DNA of 64,000 bases from Kiritimatiellia bacterium (GCA_017406465.1 JAFQYM010000015.1:622-64621); one strand, 5' to 3'; shown: positions 25,861-35,982, numbered from the stretch's first letter. Program-made: numbers and translations. The notes: generated from the letters alone by a model not told the origin.

Positions 25861-28062
25861 ATGGCTAAGACTGATGATAACGGGAATGAACGGCTCTGCG
25901 TTGTAATGCCTGTCTACAACGAGCAGGCTGCCATTGGCAATGTTTTGAGGAAATGGGATTCGGCGTTGTCTTCGCTTGGCATAGACTACTGCATACGTGC
26001 ATACAATGATGGCTCTAAAGACAACACATTGTCTGTAATGCTTGAAGTCGCAAAAAGTGAAGAATCTGGCAGGATAAAGGTGTGCGACAAGCCGAATGGA
26101 GGCCATGGCAATACAATTCTTACAGGGTATCGAGATGCGGCTGAGGCTGGATATGATTGGGTTTTTCAAGTGGACTCTGACGATGAGATGGGCCCAGAGA
26201 GTTTTGCAGAGTTGTGGGAACGGAGGGTGGACTACGATTTTCTTGTCGGCACAAGGGATGGACGTGTTCAAGCTCTTCCGCGGCGAATTATTAGCTTGAT
26301 TTCAAGGCTTTGTGTTAGAGTGTTTTATGGTAAAGGCATATGGGATGTCAACACACCGTATCGGCTAATGCGTGTTTCTGCATTCAAGGATTTCTTCAAC
26401 GAGATACCGCTGTCGACATTTGCCCCTAATGTGATTCTAAGCGGTCTTGCCGCTCGACACGGGCTTCGCTATTTTGAAACACCAGTCCCGCAACATGACC
26501 GCACGACCGGTGAGGTGAGCATCAGGAAGTGGAAACTGTTAAAAGCGGCAATTAGGAGCTTTTGGCAGACTGTATGGTTTGCAAAGCCAGTTGTTCCATT
26601 CCTCGCGTTTCTGCCTTTTGCATTGACGCTTGCCGTCTTGAACTCGACAACCTTTATGTGGTATGATGAGCTCGCGATGTGTGATGGCGTGTTTATGAAG
26701 GCATTGCACGGGTTGTCATGGTCAGGCGTGTGGGCATGTTCTTACAATCCACTTTATCCGATGTGTCTTGTCGCCTGGGTGAAACTCTTCGGAGCGTCGC
26801 ATTTCTCTGTGTGTTCGTTCACGGTCGTCCTTGGATATGTGGCCACCTTGGTCATAGCCTCAATTGCTCATAGGCGCAAATGGTGGCGGGGCCCCTTGGC
26901 TGATTGCGCGTTTGTGCTTCTTTTCTGGGGCGGATGGCATTTCTCCTGGATCCTTTCAAATGCTCGCGTGGACGTATTGGTCCTTTTGCTTTCGGCTTTG
27001 TTTGCTGATGCCTTGGCAGGACGTGAGGGCGATTCCACTCGTTTGCTGTCGGTGTTCACATGCGCAGTGTTTCTATTCCTTGCTGCACCATACGATTTGC
27101 CATTGATGTTTTTCTTTGGGGTTCTTCTCTTGTGGACAATGAGAGGTCGGCGAGTGGCGCTTGTTAAACGGGGTTTTGTCGCAGCGCTTGGCTTTTGTGT
27201 TGCGTTTGCTATCACGGCGATATACTATTTTGTTCAGCGCGACATCATACGGCTACTTGGTTCCTATGTCTATTTCAACTCGATAACAGGGTATGTATTT
27301 GTTCCGTTCTGGAAACGAGTTATGGGCGGGTATCTCTTTGATTTCTCGGCGATAGCTGCAATCTTGCTTGCATTTGTTTTCGGGGCTTTTTCGAAACGCG
27401 TGCGCCCATATGCAATATTTGTCGCGCTAATACCTGCTCTAATGGTGATTGGGGGCCGATATGAGTCATACTACGCGTGGATCTTTTACGTGCCCACCAT
27501 TGTCTTGCTTGTTTCTGTCGCGAATGGTAAACATCGATATTTGCTGGCTCTTCTTGCAATGATTGGCGGCCTTTCTTGTGTTGTACATCCTGTTGTGGCG
27601 TATTTCAAGACGGAAAGCAGTCGTGCCAATCAAAAGGCATGCCGTCTATTTGTCGAGCGAAACGCGAGCATATTCTCTGAAGCAGCGGACGTTGTAGTTG
27701 CCGCAGATCTTGATGGGAACACGGGCTTTTATTATCCACTTGTCGAGCAAGGGGTTCGCATTTGGTATAGAGGCCCCGAGATGCTGACAGGTCGCACTGA
27801 TGAAGAGAAGTTCTCGGAGGGGCTAGCCTTTATTCCCGGTGACGAAGATAGGAAGGCGCGCGCCAAAGCATTTATTGCGAAGATCCAAAGGTTTATGCCG
27901 CTTTTGCCGAAGGAGGCCCTTGTTATGTTCTATTCGGAAGAAGAGCAGGACGGCATCCTTCCTTTGTTCAAGGCGAAGGGTAAGAAACTAGAACTTCTGG
28001 TTGCAGATGGCGGTTATTCTATTTGGAGAATGAAAGAAGCAGACCAGCAGCTTGTTAAATGA
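25861..28062 (+). CDS. fusion of a polyprenyl-phosphate-sugar-synthase-like GT2 domain with a large polytopic membrane domain (733 aa)
   Basis: LCVVMPVYNEQAAIGNVL...YNDGSKDNT...QVDSDDE, followed by more than 10 TM helices. Confidence 0.75.
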   Translation: MAKTDDNGNERLCVVMPVYNEQAAIGNVLRKWDSALSSLGIDYCIRAYNDGSKDNTLSVMLEVAKSEESGRIKVCDKPNGGHGNTILTGYRDAAEAGYDWVFQVDSDDEMGPESFAELWERRVDYDFLVGTRDGRVQALPRRIISLISRLCVRVFYGKGIWDVNTPYRLMRVSAFKDFFNEIPLSTFAPNVILSGLAARHGLRYFETPVPQHDRTTGEVSIRKWKLLKAAIRSFWQTVWFAKPVVPFLAFLPFALTLAVLNSTTFMWYDELAMCDGVFMKALHGLSWSGVWACSYNPLYPMCLVAWVKLFGASHFSVCSFTVVLGYVATLVIASIAHRRKWWRGPLADCAFVLLFWGGWHFSWILSNARVDVLVLLLSALFADALAGREGDSTRLLSVFTCAVFLFLAAPYDLPLMFFFGVLLLWTMRGRRVALVKRGFVAALGFCVAFAITAIYYFVQRDIIRLLGSYVYFNSITGYVFVPFWKRVMGGYLFDFSAIAAILLAFVFGAFSKRVRPYAIFVALIPALMVIGGRYESYYAWIFYVPTIVLLVSVANGKHRYLLALLAMIGGLSCVVHPVVAYFKTESSRANQKACRLFVERNASIFSEAADVVVAADLDGNTGFYYPLVEQGVRIWYRGPEMLTGRTDEEKFSEGLAFIPGDEDRKARAKAFIAKIQRFMPLLPKEALVMFYSEEEQDGILPLFKAKGKKLELLVADGGYSIWRMKEADQQLVK

Positions 28063-29084
28063 AGCGAATTCTTTACGTCTCAAGCAAGCGTTGGCCCTGG
28101 TTTGAAAGCCAGAGCAGTGCTGAGCATTTTGCCGCAGCTCCTTATTCCATAGATGCAATCGGCTATAATCTTGAAAGACTTGGCTGGAAGGTAGGGTGGT
28201 GCGGCTGGGACAGTTCGAAGAACCCGTTTGCGCTCGCGAGACGAATTGACGACTTTAAGCCTGACATCATCTACACGTATGGTTCTACTGTGGCATTGCA
28301 TCCTCTTTTCTGCCGCCGATTTCTCTGCAAGCACAAGGCGTTCAAGGTCGTGCATGGATGGGATGACCACTATGGGCGCATCTGGGGTGATTTGTTCGGT
28401 TGGCCTGGCAAAGTATTCATGAATTGGATGGAGAAGCGTATCGTCAAGAACTCTGATGCAGTTGTGACGCTTAGTTATGAACTTCAGAAGATCGGTCGGA
28501 AGTGGGGCGTTGAGTGCAAGTACATTCCGAATGGCGCCGATCCGATTGAGAATTTGCCGCGGTCAGACAAGATCAAGCTGGAAGGGTGCTTCAAGATTGT
28601 CTACACTGGAGACAAGGCAAAGTGGAAGCGCACGAGTGACATTTGCTCGGCAATGCAGCACCTACCGAAAGACATTAAGCTCTATCTGACTGGGCGCACC
28701 GAGAAGTATCTCGATAAGTACGCCAGCGACAATTGCATCTTCCTCGGCTGGCTCACAAAGGAGGAGCAGTTTGGCGTGATGAGCCAGGCGGATGCCTTTG
28801 TCTGCACATCAGACCAGGACTGCAATGCGAAACTCCAGGAATATCTTCGCTGGAAGAAGCCAATTCTCGCTTACGATGGCGAGGCAAATAACTTCTTCAA
28901 GAACGGCGAGACAGCGCTTCTTGCGAAGCACGGTTACTATGTGCCGCTCATCAGAAAGCTCGCCGCAGATCCCGAGTTGTGTAAGCGCATGGCCGACAAT
29001 GCAGCGAGAGAAATCCCCGTGTTCAGCTGGCGCGAAATAGCCGAGCAGTTTGACAAGTTCTTCGTGGAGATCTCGCCTCTGTGA
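28059..29084 (+). CDS. GT4/GT-B-type glycosyltransferase
   Basis: ATGA overlap upstream; C-terminal GT-B-like region (LQEYLRWKKPILAYDGEANNFFKNGETALL). Confidence 0.7.
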   Translation: MKRILYVSSKRWPWFESQSSAEHFAAAPYSIDAIGYNLERLGWKVGWCGWDSSKNPFALARRIDDFKPDIIYTYGSTVALHPLFCRRFLCKHKAFKVVHGWDDHYGRIWGDLFGWPGKVFMNWMEKRIVKNSDAVVTLSYELQKIGRKWGVECKYIPNGADPIENLPRSDKIKLEGCFKIVYTGDKAKWKRTSDICSAMQHLPKDIKLYLTGRTEKYLDKYASDNCIFLGWLTKEEQFGVMSQADAFVCTSDQDCNAKLQEYLRWKKPILAYDGEANNFFKNGETALLAKHGYYVPLIRKLAADPELCKRMADNAAREIPVFSWREIAEQFDKFFVEISPL

Positions 29085-30022
29085 AACTGTTGTTTGTAGA
29101 TCATGAATGCCACAAGAAGACTCGCTCAGCTGAGTTCTTCCTTGCTGTTGTTCGCAAGGTGTTTGATGTCGTTGAGCATTATTACTCGCATTATTATCGC
29201 ACAGGAGCCTGGAAAGTTGCGAAGGATTGTGACGTTGCTGTAATATGGGAGTTCCCGATTTCCAGATGGCGCTTCTTCTTCCCGGGTAAGCGCAATGTCT
29301 TCGTGCCAATGTACGACAATGAATGGTCGAGCTACTGGCAGTGGAAGCGCATTGCCTGGAGCGGAATGGGTGTTATCTCGTTTTGCGACAAGGTGACGGA
29401 ACATGCGAGACGCTGTGGCGTGACTAATATTCTTGACGTGCGATATTTCCCTGATCCTGATAGCTTGCCGAAGGGAAAGGGTGATCCCAAGCGTGTGTTC
29501 CTTTGGGAACGAGGAGAGATTACTCGATCGGTTGCGGAGAAGTTGTTTCCGCCGTCAGATGGGTATGTATTTGACGTAAAGCGTGCAGACGAGTTCCTTG
29601 AACGCGATGCTTACCTTGCGCGTATTGCAAAATGTGGTATTGTAATCGCGCCTCGTCGCAAAGAAGGTATTGGCATGGCATTCCTTGAGGCGATGGCTAT
29701 GGGGAAATGCGTCGTTGCAAATGACGATGCTACCATGAACGAGTATATCAAAAACGGCGAGAACGGGTTTTTGTTTTCCCGTGGCACGCTCAAGCCATTC
29801 ACGGAAGACATAATTGCCCGCGTCAAGACCAATGTTACTGACTCTGCCGCTGTGCTTCGTGACCGATGGCTTCAAGATTCACGGGCGATGAATGATTTCC
29901 TTGTCAGTCAGCGGACATGTGATCTTTCATTTGCAAATCGACTGAAGATAAATCTTACCTATCCGCTCTTTCTTGTTGAGGGTGTGTTGCACATTCTGTT
30001 GAGAAAGGTTGGTGCAATATGA
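29081..30022 (+). CDS. GT-B-type glycosyltransferase-like protein
   Basis: GTGA overlap upstream; RKEGIGMAFLEAMAMGKCVVANDDATMNEYIKNGENGFLF (E-x7-E-like region). Confidence 0.65.
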   Translation: MKLLFVDHECHKKTRSAEFFLAVVRKVFDVVEHYYSHYYRTGAWKVAKDCDVAVIWEFPISRWRFFFPGKRNVFVPMYDNEWSSYWQWKRIAWSGMGVISFCDKVTEHARRCGVTNILDVRYFPDPDSLPKGKGDPKRVFLWERGEITRSVAEKLFPPSDGYVFDVKRADEFLERDAYLARIAKCGIVIAPRRKEGIGMAFLEAMAMGKCVVANDDATMNEYIKNGENGFLFSRGTLKPFTEDIIARVKTNVTDSAAVLRDRWLQDSRAMNDFLVSQRTCDLSFANRLKINLTYPLFLVEGVLHILLRKVGAI

Positions 30023-30174
30023 CGGACTTGCCCAAATTTGACAACGCTCCGGTTTTTAGTGGCGGTTCTGTTCATGTGGATTTCTCTATGCTGAATTCGC
30101 ATGTGCAGTTGGATAGGGTAAATTTGCGTATTTATGCCTTTCCCCTGCGTCGAAGAGAGGAGGGCGATCGATGA
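30019..30174 (+). CDS. possible 51-aa small ORF bridging two glycosyltransferase genes
   Basis: Hand-translated with no internal stops. ATGA overlaps at both ends (30019-30022 and 30171-30174). No homology recognised. Confidence 0.3.
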   Translation: MTDLPKFDNAPVFSGGSVHVDFSMLNSHVQLDRVNLRIYAFPLRRREEGDR

Positions 30175-31181
30175 GTTCGCATGACTCTATTCAGATTGGT
30201 CTTGCGGCAGATGCGAGATATTATCCAGGACTTTTTGTCACGGTGGTTTCCATCGCTGCACATGCGTCTTCAGGCGTGCGCCTGATCTTTAACATTATCA
30301 ATGGTGGCATTGAACGCGGCAAGATACTCGAGCTTGAACAAGCGGTCAAATCGCGGCATATAAACTCGGAAATTAGATTGTTTACGATTAATACGAACAC
30401 AAGCGCGAATTTTCCTGGGAAAATGAACTATGCACGACTTCACTTTCCCAGATTGCTTCCCGAAGTCAATCATCTTGTATATTGTGACGTTGATCTTTTA
30501 TGGACTGCAGATGTTGTGGAGTTATGGCATCTTCGTGATGAGTGCGCGTATGTTAAAAGCGTATTGGACATTGAATTCACCCGAGAACACGAGGCGAAAT
30601 GGTTAAAATCAAGAGGTGTCGAAATAGACGCGGAAAAGTATTTCTGTTCAGGACTTATGCTAATGAATCTTGAGTTATTTAGGCGGCACCAGATTGCAGA
30701 CAAGGCGGCAGCATTCATAAAGGAACATCCTGACATTCCCCTCTTTGATCAGACGGCTTTGAACGCGATCCTTTTGAATATTCCAAATGGCGTGATTCAT
30801 GTGCCATGTAAATGGCAGCGATATGCCTTGGAGGTTTGTGGTGATGATTTTAAATCGCCAATAGTTCTTCATTATAGCGGACTTTGTCCGTGGTCAGGAA
30901 TGCGAGTCATACCTGACATAGTTGATTTATGGTTTAATGTTGCCGCCGCGTTTAAACGATGCAACGTTGAAGAGGTGAAAAGTCAATATTATTCACGTGT
31001 TGCATACATGATCGGTAGGACGGCGTTCTTTATCCTTGCACGAATTCCTGCCGTTAGGATTATAGTTCTGGCCACTTCATATATTACACGCGGTAAGTTT
31101 TACGCGTCTTATCTTAGGGGAATATTGAGGCGAATTGATGCTAAGGACAAGATTGAAATTTTGTTAGGAGGAGAGAATTAA
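30171..31181 (+). CDS. family 8 glycosyltransferase-like
   Basis: IQIGLAADARYYPGLFVTVVSI and the DxD-containing YCDVDLLW. Confidence 0.75.
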   Translation: MSSHDSIQIGLAADARYYPGLFVTVVSIAAHASSGVRLIFNIINGGIERGKILELEQAVKSRHINSEIRLFTINTNTSANFPGKMNYARLHFPRLLPEVNHLVYCDVDLLWTADVVELWHLRDECAYVKSVLDIEFTREHEAKWLKSRGVEIDAEKYFCSGLMLMNLELFRRHQIADKAAAFIKEHPDIPLFDQTALNAILLNIPNGVIHVPCKWQRYALEVCGDDFKSPIVLHYSGLCPWSGMRVIPDIVDLWFNVAAAFKRCNVEEVKSQYYSRVAYMIGRTAFFILARIPAVRIIVLATSYITRGKFYASYLRGILRRIDAKDKIEILLGGEN

Positions 31182-31182
31182 A

Positions 31183-32091
31183 ATGAATGGGCAGATAAAA
31201 ATATTTAATGTGTATCATAAAGTGGCACCAATTTATGGTGCGGAATGTCTTTGTCCGATACAGGTTGGTTGCGCGAATAGCAAATTCAATTTAAATATTC
31301 TGCGCGATGATACTGGTGATAATATCTCTGATTTAAATGGTGACTGTTGCGAACTTACTGCCCAATATTGGGTATGGAAGAACTTTCTTCCTGCGCACGA
31401 TGATGTGGGGTGGGTCGGTTTCTGCCATTACAGACGATATTTAAATTTCTGGAAACATTCGATGCGTGAACCGTTGTTGCCAACTTTTGATACGATTTCT
31501 GAAGATGAATTTAGAACTGTTATACTCCAAAGGTACACTAATCGCGAAATACATTCTTCTATTCCTGATGGATGTGGAATAGTCCTCCCTCAATCCTATA
31601 GTGTGCCTAGTGGGAAGACTATGTTAGAATGGTATATGATGGGAATGCATGGTTATGGTCTTGAAGATGCTATACGTGTCATCAAAGAACAATTCCCAGA
31701 TTATCTTGAGGATTTTGTCCGTGCTGCATCGATGCACAAGGAGTATAGATGCCTTACGTATTTAATGCGTCGTGATGTATTCGATAGATACGCATCATGG
31801 TTGTTCCCATTTCTAGAGTCCGTCCGGAAGCACTGGCGTTTGTTGCCTGAGTATCGTAGGAATGGCAGGCAGGAAGGATTGGTTGCCGAACATCTGTTTA
31901 TGGTATGGCTTTGCCATGAAATCCGGGTATACGGTACTAAGATAACTGAGTGTGAGGGGGTTTTGCTTGAAAAGCCTCCCGCCGGAAATCGCATCGGCCC
32001 CATTTCAAAGGTATATGAAAGTTTGAAATTGAAAGCTGCGTGGTTTAAGGCTTCACTAAATGCAAAGCGATTCTTGAAGAAATGCAAGTAA
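31183..32091 (+). CDS. DUF4422-like glycan biosynthesis protein
   Basis: IFNVYHKVAPIY...CPIQVG...ELTAQYWVWKN pattern, recalled from DUF4422 family members. Confidence 0.65.
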   Translation: MNGQIKIFNVYHKVAPIYGAECLCPIQVGCANSKFNLNILRDDTGDNISDLNGDCCELTAQYWVWKNFLPAHDDVGWVGFCHYRRYLNFWKHSMREPLLPTFDTISEDEFRTVILQRYTNREIHSSIPDGCGIVLPQSYSVPSGKTMLEWYMMGMHGYGLEDAIRVIKEQFPDYLEDFVRAASMHKEYRCLTYLMRRDVFDRYASWLFPFLESVRKHWRLLPEYRRNGRQEGLVAEHLFMVWLCHEIRVYGTKITECEGVLLEKPPAGNRIGPISKVYESLKLKAAWFKASLNAKRFLKKCK

Positions 32092-32100
32092 GTCTATTCT

Positions 32101-33090
32101 TTAATTGCAGTTTTCAAGAAAGCGGTGATATAGCCAGTCTTTGATTTTTCGCGGCAGAATGGGACGCAGTAAGATCGTTCCGTAACGCTTCATAACTACA
32201 ATTATTTTCGGGATTGAGGATTTGGCTATATACAGAGGTGTGATTGGATAAATCAAATGTGATAGCCTATCGGTGTTATCACATATGTACTTCGGAAAGG
32301 ATTTGCCCAGTCGAACCGCGAAGAAACGGTCTGGGTTGTTGTAAGGTGCCATCCCGGAATGGACTTTGTGTTCGATATTTTGGCTCGAGGTGTTTTCTGG
32401 TGTGTTTATTTCTGTGTGGGCATAGGCGTTCATCTTGGCACGGATAGCCTCGGTGCCGCCACAGAAAGAAAAGTGCCACCCCGCATTTTTTATTGTATGA
32501 CGCGGCTTCAAATGCCGAACGAGTGTTGGGGTCATGCCGCAGTTGACTCTGCGATCAACTAGTAAATTGAGCTCTGTGTCGAATGGTGCTTTGCTGTGCC
32601 TGATAATGCCTAAAGGAAGAATCTGCCCCCCCCCTGTCCATATGGGCGTGAAATAATTCCGGTAGTTGAGAAAGTAAGAGTAGAATTTCAGATGCAGATG
32701 GGAGATGCCATTGTATGTCGTTGCTATTTTCACAGCTTTTGGGCTAGGAATCTCGTCGAGGTCTGAAATGATAAGATAGTCATTGTCCTGTGCATCCGCT
32801 GGAATGCCACGCACAATAGCATTGCGCTGCCAGTTCTCGCGAATCCAAGCCATTTCACGTGGCGGCGTATCTGCGAAAGTGGGGAAGTCATCAACCACTA
32901 TGTGGATGATTCGATCGTTGAAGTGAGCGAAGCGGTCTTTATTTTGCGCGTAATAAAGCGGTTTGGGGTTGCCAGTGTGCGTAAGTGTTGATTCGACAAG
33001 GATGAATTTGTCGACGACTTTGTCGAGTGTGTTGAGCCGTATTTCGAGTAGGTCGAGTTCGTTGAAGAAACTAAAGCAGTCGTAGATCAT
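32101..33090 (-). CDS. GT17-like glycosyltransferase (GnT-III-type)
   Basis: N-terminus MIYDCFSFFNELDLLEIRLNTL is the hallmark opening of GT17 homologues. Confidence 0.75.
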   Translation of the reverse strand: MIYDCFSFFNELDLLEIRLNTLDKVVDKFILVESTLTHTGNPKPLYYAQNKDRFAHFNDRIIHIVVDDFPTFADTPPREMAWIRENWQRNAIVRGIPADAQDNDYLIISDLDEIPSPKAVKIATTYNGISHLHLKFYSYFLNYRNYFTPIWTGGGQILPLGIIRHSKAPFDTELNLLVDRRVNCGMTPTLVRHLKPRHTIKNAGWHFSFCGGTEAIRAKMNAYAHTEINTPENTSSQNIEHKVHSGMAPYNNPDRFFAVRLGKSFPKYICDNTDRLSHLIYPITPLYIAKSSIPKIIVVMKRYGTILLRPILPRKIKDWLYHRFLENCN

Positions 33091-33112
33091 TATGTTGGAA
33101 CTTTAGAGTTGG

Positions 33113-33805
33113 TTAGGATATTCGTTGAAACAATGACGTTATTGTGCTTTGTCCAACATGCTCATATCCGACAGAACGAAGGAACGTTGCGGTTGGTGTG
33201 CTTGGAATGTTCCAGTTCTTACCATCGGCGTGTATCTCGATCAAGATGAAGTCGGGTCGATAAACATCCCAATTGTTTGACTTCAGAATCTCTATGTCGA
33301 GGCCTTCACAGTCGATATTAATGAAGTCGATGTGTTGTCCAATCGGAAGATAATTGTCAAGAAGCTCACTTAATGGCATGACAGGGACTTTTTCTATGCC
33401 GAGGAGCTTGACACCGTTTTGTTTGATCATTTTGTCGGCGAACTCCTTTGAAAAAGTGTTCATTGGAGATTCTGAGAGATGATAATAGTTTAGTTCGCCT
33501 TTATTTAGACCTATGCCAACGTTGACATTGATGTCACGCTTTCTTTGCCGTTTGAACTTTGCAATTGCGTCGGCGGAGGCGTCTACATTTATTCCTCGCC
33601 ATCCGACGTCGTAGAACTTTTTGGTGTTCGACATTGTTCGCGGGTCATGTGCGCCTATGTCGACGTAGAACCCGGAATAGTCCCATCTCCATTTGTCGCC
33701 GAGAAAGGCCTTAACAAGAAGGTCTTCCCCGAGTTGTGAATAGGATCTGATGCCAAAGTAGTCCTGTCCGTAGAATCTGCATTTCTTTAGGAAGTTTGAA
33801 AACAT
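33113..33805 (-). CDS. FkbM-family methyltransferase
   Basis: YVDIGAHD...INIDCEGLDIEIL. Start set at MFSNF, which has a strong RBS (aaggaga). Confidence 0.8.
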   Translation of the reverse strand: MFSNFLKKCRFYGQDYFGIRSYSQLGEDLLVKAFLGDKWRWDYSGFYVDIGAHDPRTMSNTKKFYDVGWRGINVDASADAIAKFKRQRKRDINVNVGIGLNKGELNYYHLSESPMNTFSKEFADKMIKQNGVKLLGIEKVPVMPLSELLDNYLPIGQHIDFINIDCEGLDIEILKSNNWDVYRPDFILIEIHADGKNWNIPSTPTATFLRSVGYEHVGQSTITSLFQRIS

Positions 33806-33836
33806 TTTCTTCTCCTTGTGTTTTATAGAGTGTATT

Positions 33837-34610
33837 TTATGGCGAATAAATGGAATTTTCATTCAGGGCTTTCTCGTATTCAAGAAGTCGGTTTTTGCAG
33901 TCGCTATTACGCAGTTTTTCCCTGTCAAGTTCAGTGCGCTGGAACTGGGCTGCGTAAAGTGGGCCATTTGCATGAAGGCATCTCAGCCCCTTTATCACGC
34001 CGGATCGTCGGTGAAGCACTCTGCGCATGAGCCCTGATATAACATAGTCTTGCGGTTTTGACAAAGAAAATGGGAAGAAGAAGGTTAAAGGACGTATGAT
34101 TCTGTAGTCGCGTCTTCTGAAGGCGGCGCAGTAGCCCCTTGCTCCGCATTCTATAAGTGTTTTGTCGCCGCGTTTATCTTCGGTGCAGAGTTGGTAATCC
34201 GGGCCGCCGCCATCTGTCATTTGATTGCGTACTGTGTCAAGGGCGATGAAACCATAGTCCTGATAGGTGTCAAGATGATTGAGAAGTGCTTTGTCGAAGT
34301 TTCTAGGGAAGTCAATGACGTCGTCATCTATCTCAATGATTATGCGTCCGCGAGCCATTCCGAAGAGCTTGTTGTAGCCTTTGAACTTAATGTTCTTTTT
34401 GTTTTTGATGATGCGTGTTTCGAGATGGTTCGCATATGTATCGACGAGTTCAAGGGTCCCGTCTTCGGATGCATTGTCCATGATGAGTATCTCATGGCGC
34501 AAATCTGAAGAGAGGTTGTCAAAAAGGCTTGGCAGCCCTTGCTCCAGATAGCGGCGCCTGTTCCATGTAAGGAGGGCTACGGTCACGTCGGGATGTGTTG
34601 TCTTGTCCAT
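33837..34610 (-). CDS. family 2 glycosyltransferase
   Basis: VTVALLTWNRRRYL...ILIMDNASEDGT...IEIDDD. Start set at MDKTT to avoid overlap with the flippase gene. Confidence 0.8.
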   Translation of the reverse strand: MDKTTHPDVTVALLTWNRRRYLEQGLPSLFDNLSSDLRHEILIMDNASEDGTLELVDTYANHLETRIIKNKKNIKFKGYNKLFGMARGRIIIEIDDDVIDFPRNFDKALLNHLDTYQDYGFIALDTVRNQMTDGGGPDYQLCTEDKRGDKTLIECGARGYCAAFRRRDYRIIRPLTFFFPFSLSKPQDYVISGLMRRVLHRRSGVIKGLRCLHANGPLYAAQFQRTELDREKLRNSDCKNRLLEYEKALNENSIYSP

Positions 34611-34618
34611 TTTCGTAA

Positions 34619-35980
34619 TTACTGGCGTTTTTTGCGCATCGCAAAGCAACAGCATACCAGACGAGCAAGCTGTCCGGCTGTCATCCACCATAGCATGGTG
34701 TCTAGTGCATATATGTTGTGGAAGTGCAGGAATTCAATCCAGTCGGCTGGCATGAGCGCCTTAAAATAACCGTAGCCTGTAACGATGAGCAGAAGCGTTG
34801 GATATATGATTTCAATCGGCATCAGCCATTTGAGAAATCCGAAACGCCCGGCTGATATTTCTGCCGTGGTGTAAAGTCCAGGGAGTGTGCCGATGGCGGA
34901 TATACCTATCAGACATGGAATGGCCCACCAGTATTCTGCATACTGCGTTCCGTGCGGGAGAAGCGCAAGTATCGGCTTGCCTATCAAGAGAAAAGTCGTT
35001 GCGGTGACTGCGCAGAAGGCAAAAGATGCTGCTGTCGCCTTCAGGACAAGCGGACGGATGTCGCCTCCCTTTTTGGCGATCTCCGCCGAGAACGGGAACA
35101 TGGCAAACGCTAAGGTCATGTAAAGATAGGTTGAAATGTCGGAGAATCTTGTTGCCATGTAGTACCCGGCCGAGTCGAGGTCGGGGAGCCGTTGGCGAAG
35201 CACGAGCGATTCAATCAGTGTGCATGTGCCACCTGTGAGGGCCCAGAGAGCGAAAATGGCGAGAGTGCCTGTGAACCGTCTGATTGTCTCGCGATTCCAG
35301 TATGGTTTCGCAGGGACAGAGAGTTCCTTCTTGAGTCCGAATATGCATGCGCCGATTGTGAACGCAGAAGGGGCGCACTGACCAAGGAAGTAGCCGGACA
35401 AAGCACGGAACGGCATGGCCACAAGCATGACTAAGATTCGCAATGGCGCCCCAGCGAGATTAATAATTGTTGAAGTCTTGAATTTTTTGAGTGCTTGAAG
35501 GGCGTTGTTGTAGATTGGAGAGACGGCCCCGAGAAACGAAGAGGCAATGACGAGCATTGCAAGAGAGCCTGCTGGAATGCGAATCCTTTCAAGGAATAGC
35601 GGGAAGGTCCATTTTGCGGTCGCCAGGGCTAGGACGATGAAAATGGCGACAGAGACGAATACACCCTGCATGAGAGATTTGAGCCGTCCGAATTCGCGGT
35701 TTGTCGCGAGCAGGGTCATTTCGTTTCGGAAGGTGTTTGCAAAGACGGCAATCGGTACGGCAAGAAAGGCTGCGAAATCGGTAAGGGGCTTGACCGCGCC
35801 GAGCTCGGAAGGGTCGACATATTTCGGGACGAGCCACAAGCCGACGAACGCGTTCAGAACGTCTGCCGCTCGGCAGGCGAGGAACATCATCAGCGAGTAC
35901 CACCAGAAATCGCCTAAGCGGGCATGGAGCTTGGCGAGCATGGCTCGTAGTTTGGAAATATCCACAAAGATTATCGTCAT
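34619..35980 (-). CDS. Wzx-like oligosaccharide flippase (MOP superfamily)
   Basis: 453 aa, about 12 TM helices, located in a glycan locus. Confidence 0.65.
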   Translation of the reverse strand: MTIIFVDISKLRAMLAKLHARLGDFWWYSLMMFLACRAADVLNAFVGLWLVPKYVDPSELGAVKPLTDFAAFLAVPIAVFANTFRNEMTLLATNREFGRLKSLMQGVFVSVAIFIVLALATAKWTFPLFLERIRIPAGSLAMLVIASSFLGAVSPIYNNALQALKKFKTSTIINLAGAPLRILVMLVAMPFRALSGYFLGQCAPSAFTIGACIFGLKKELSVPAKPYWNRETIRRFTGTLAIFALWALTGGTCTLIESLVLRQRLPDLDSAGYYMATRFSDISTYLYMTLAFAMFPFSAEIAKKGGDIRPLVLKATAASFAFCAVTATTFLLIGKPILALLPHGTQYAEYWWAIPCLIGISAIGTLPGLYTTAEISAGRFGFLKWLMPIEIIYPTLLLIVTGYGYFKALMPADWIEFLHFHNIYALDTMLWWMTAGQLARLVCCCFAMRKKRQ

Positions 35981-35982
35981 GG

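Noticed and set aside
25555-26271. The 238-aa - strand ORF spanning the relE / GT2 junction.
   Set aside because: It is antisense to two genes with clear family motifs and has no motif or start signal of its own.
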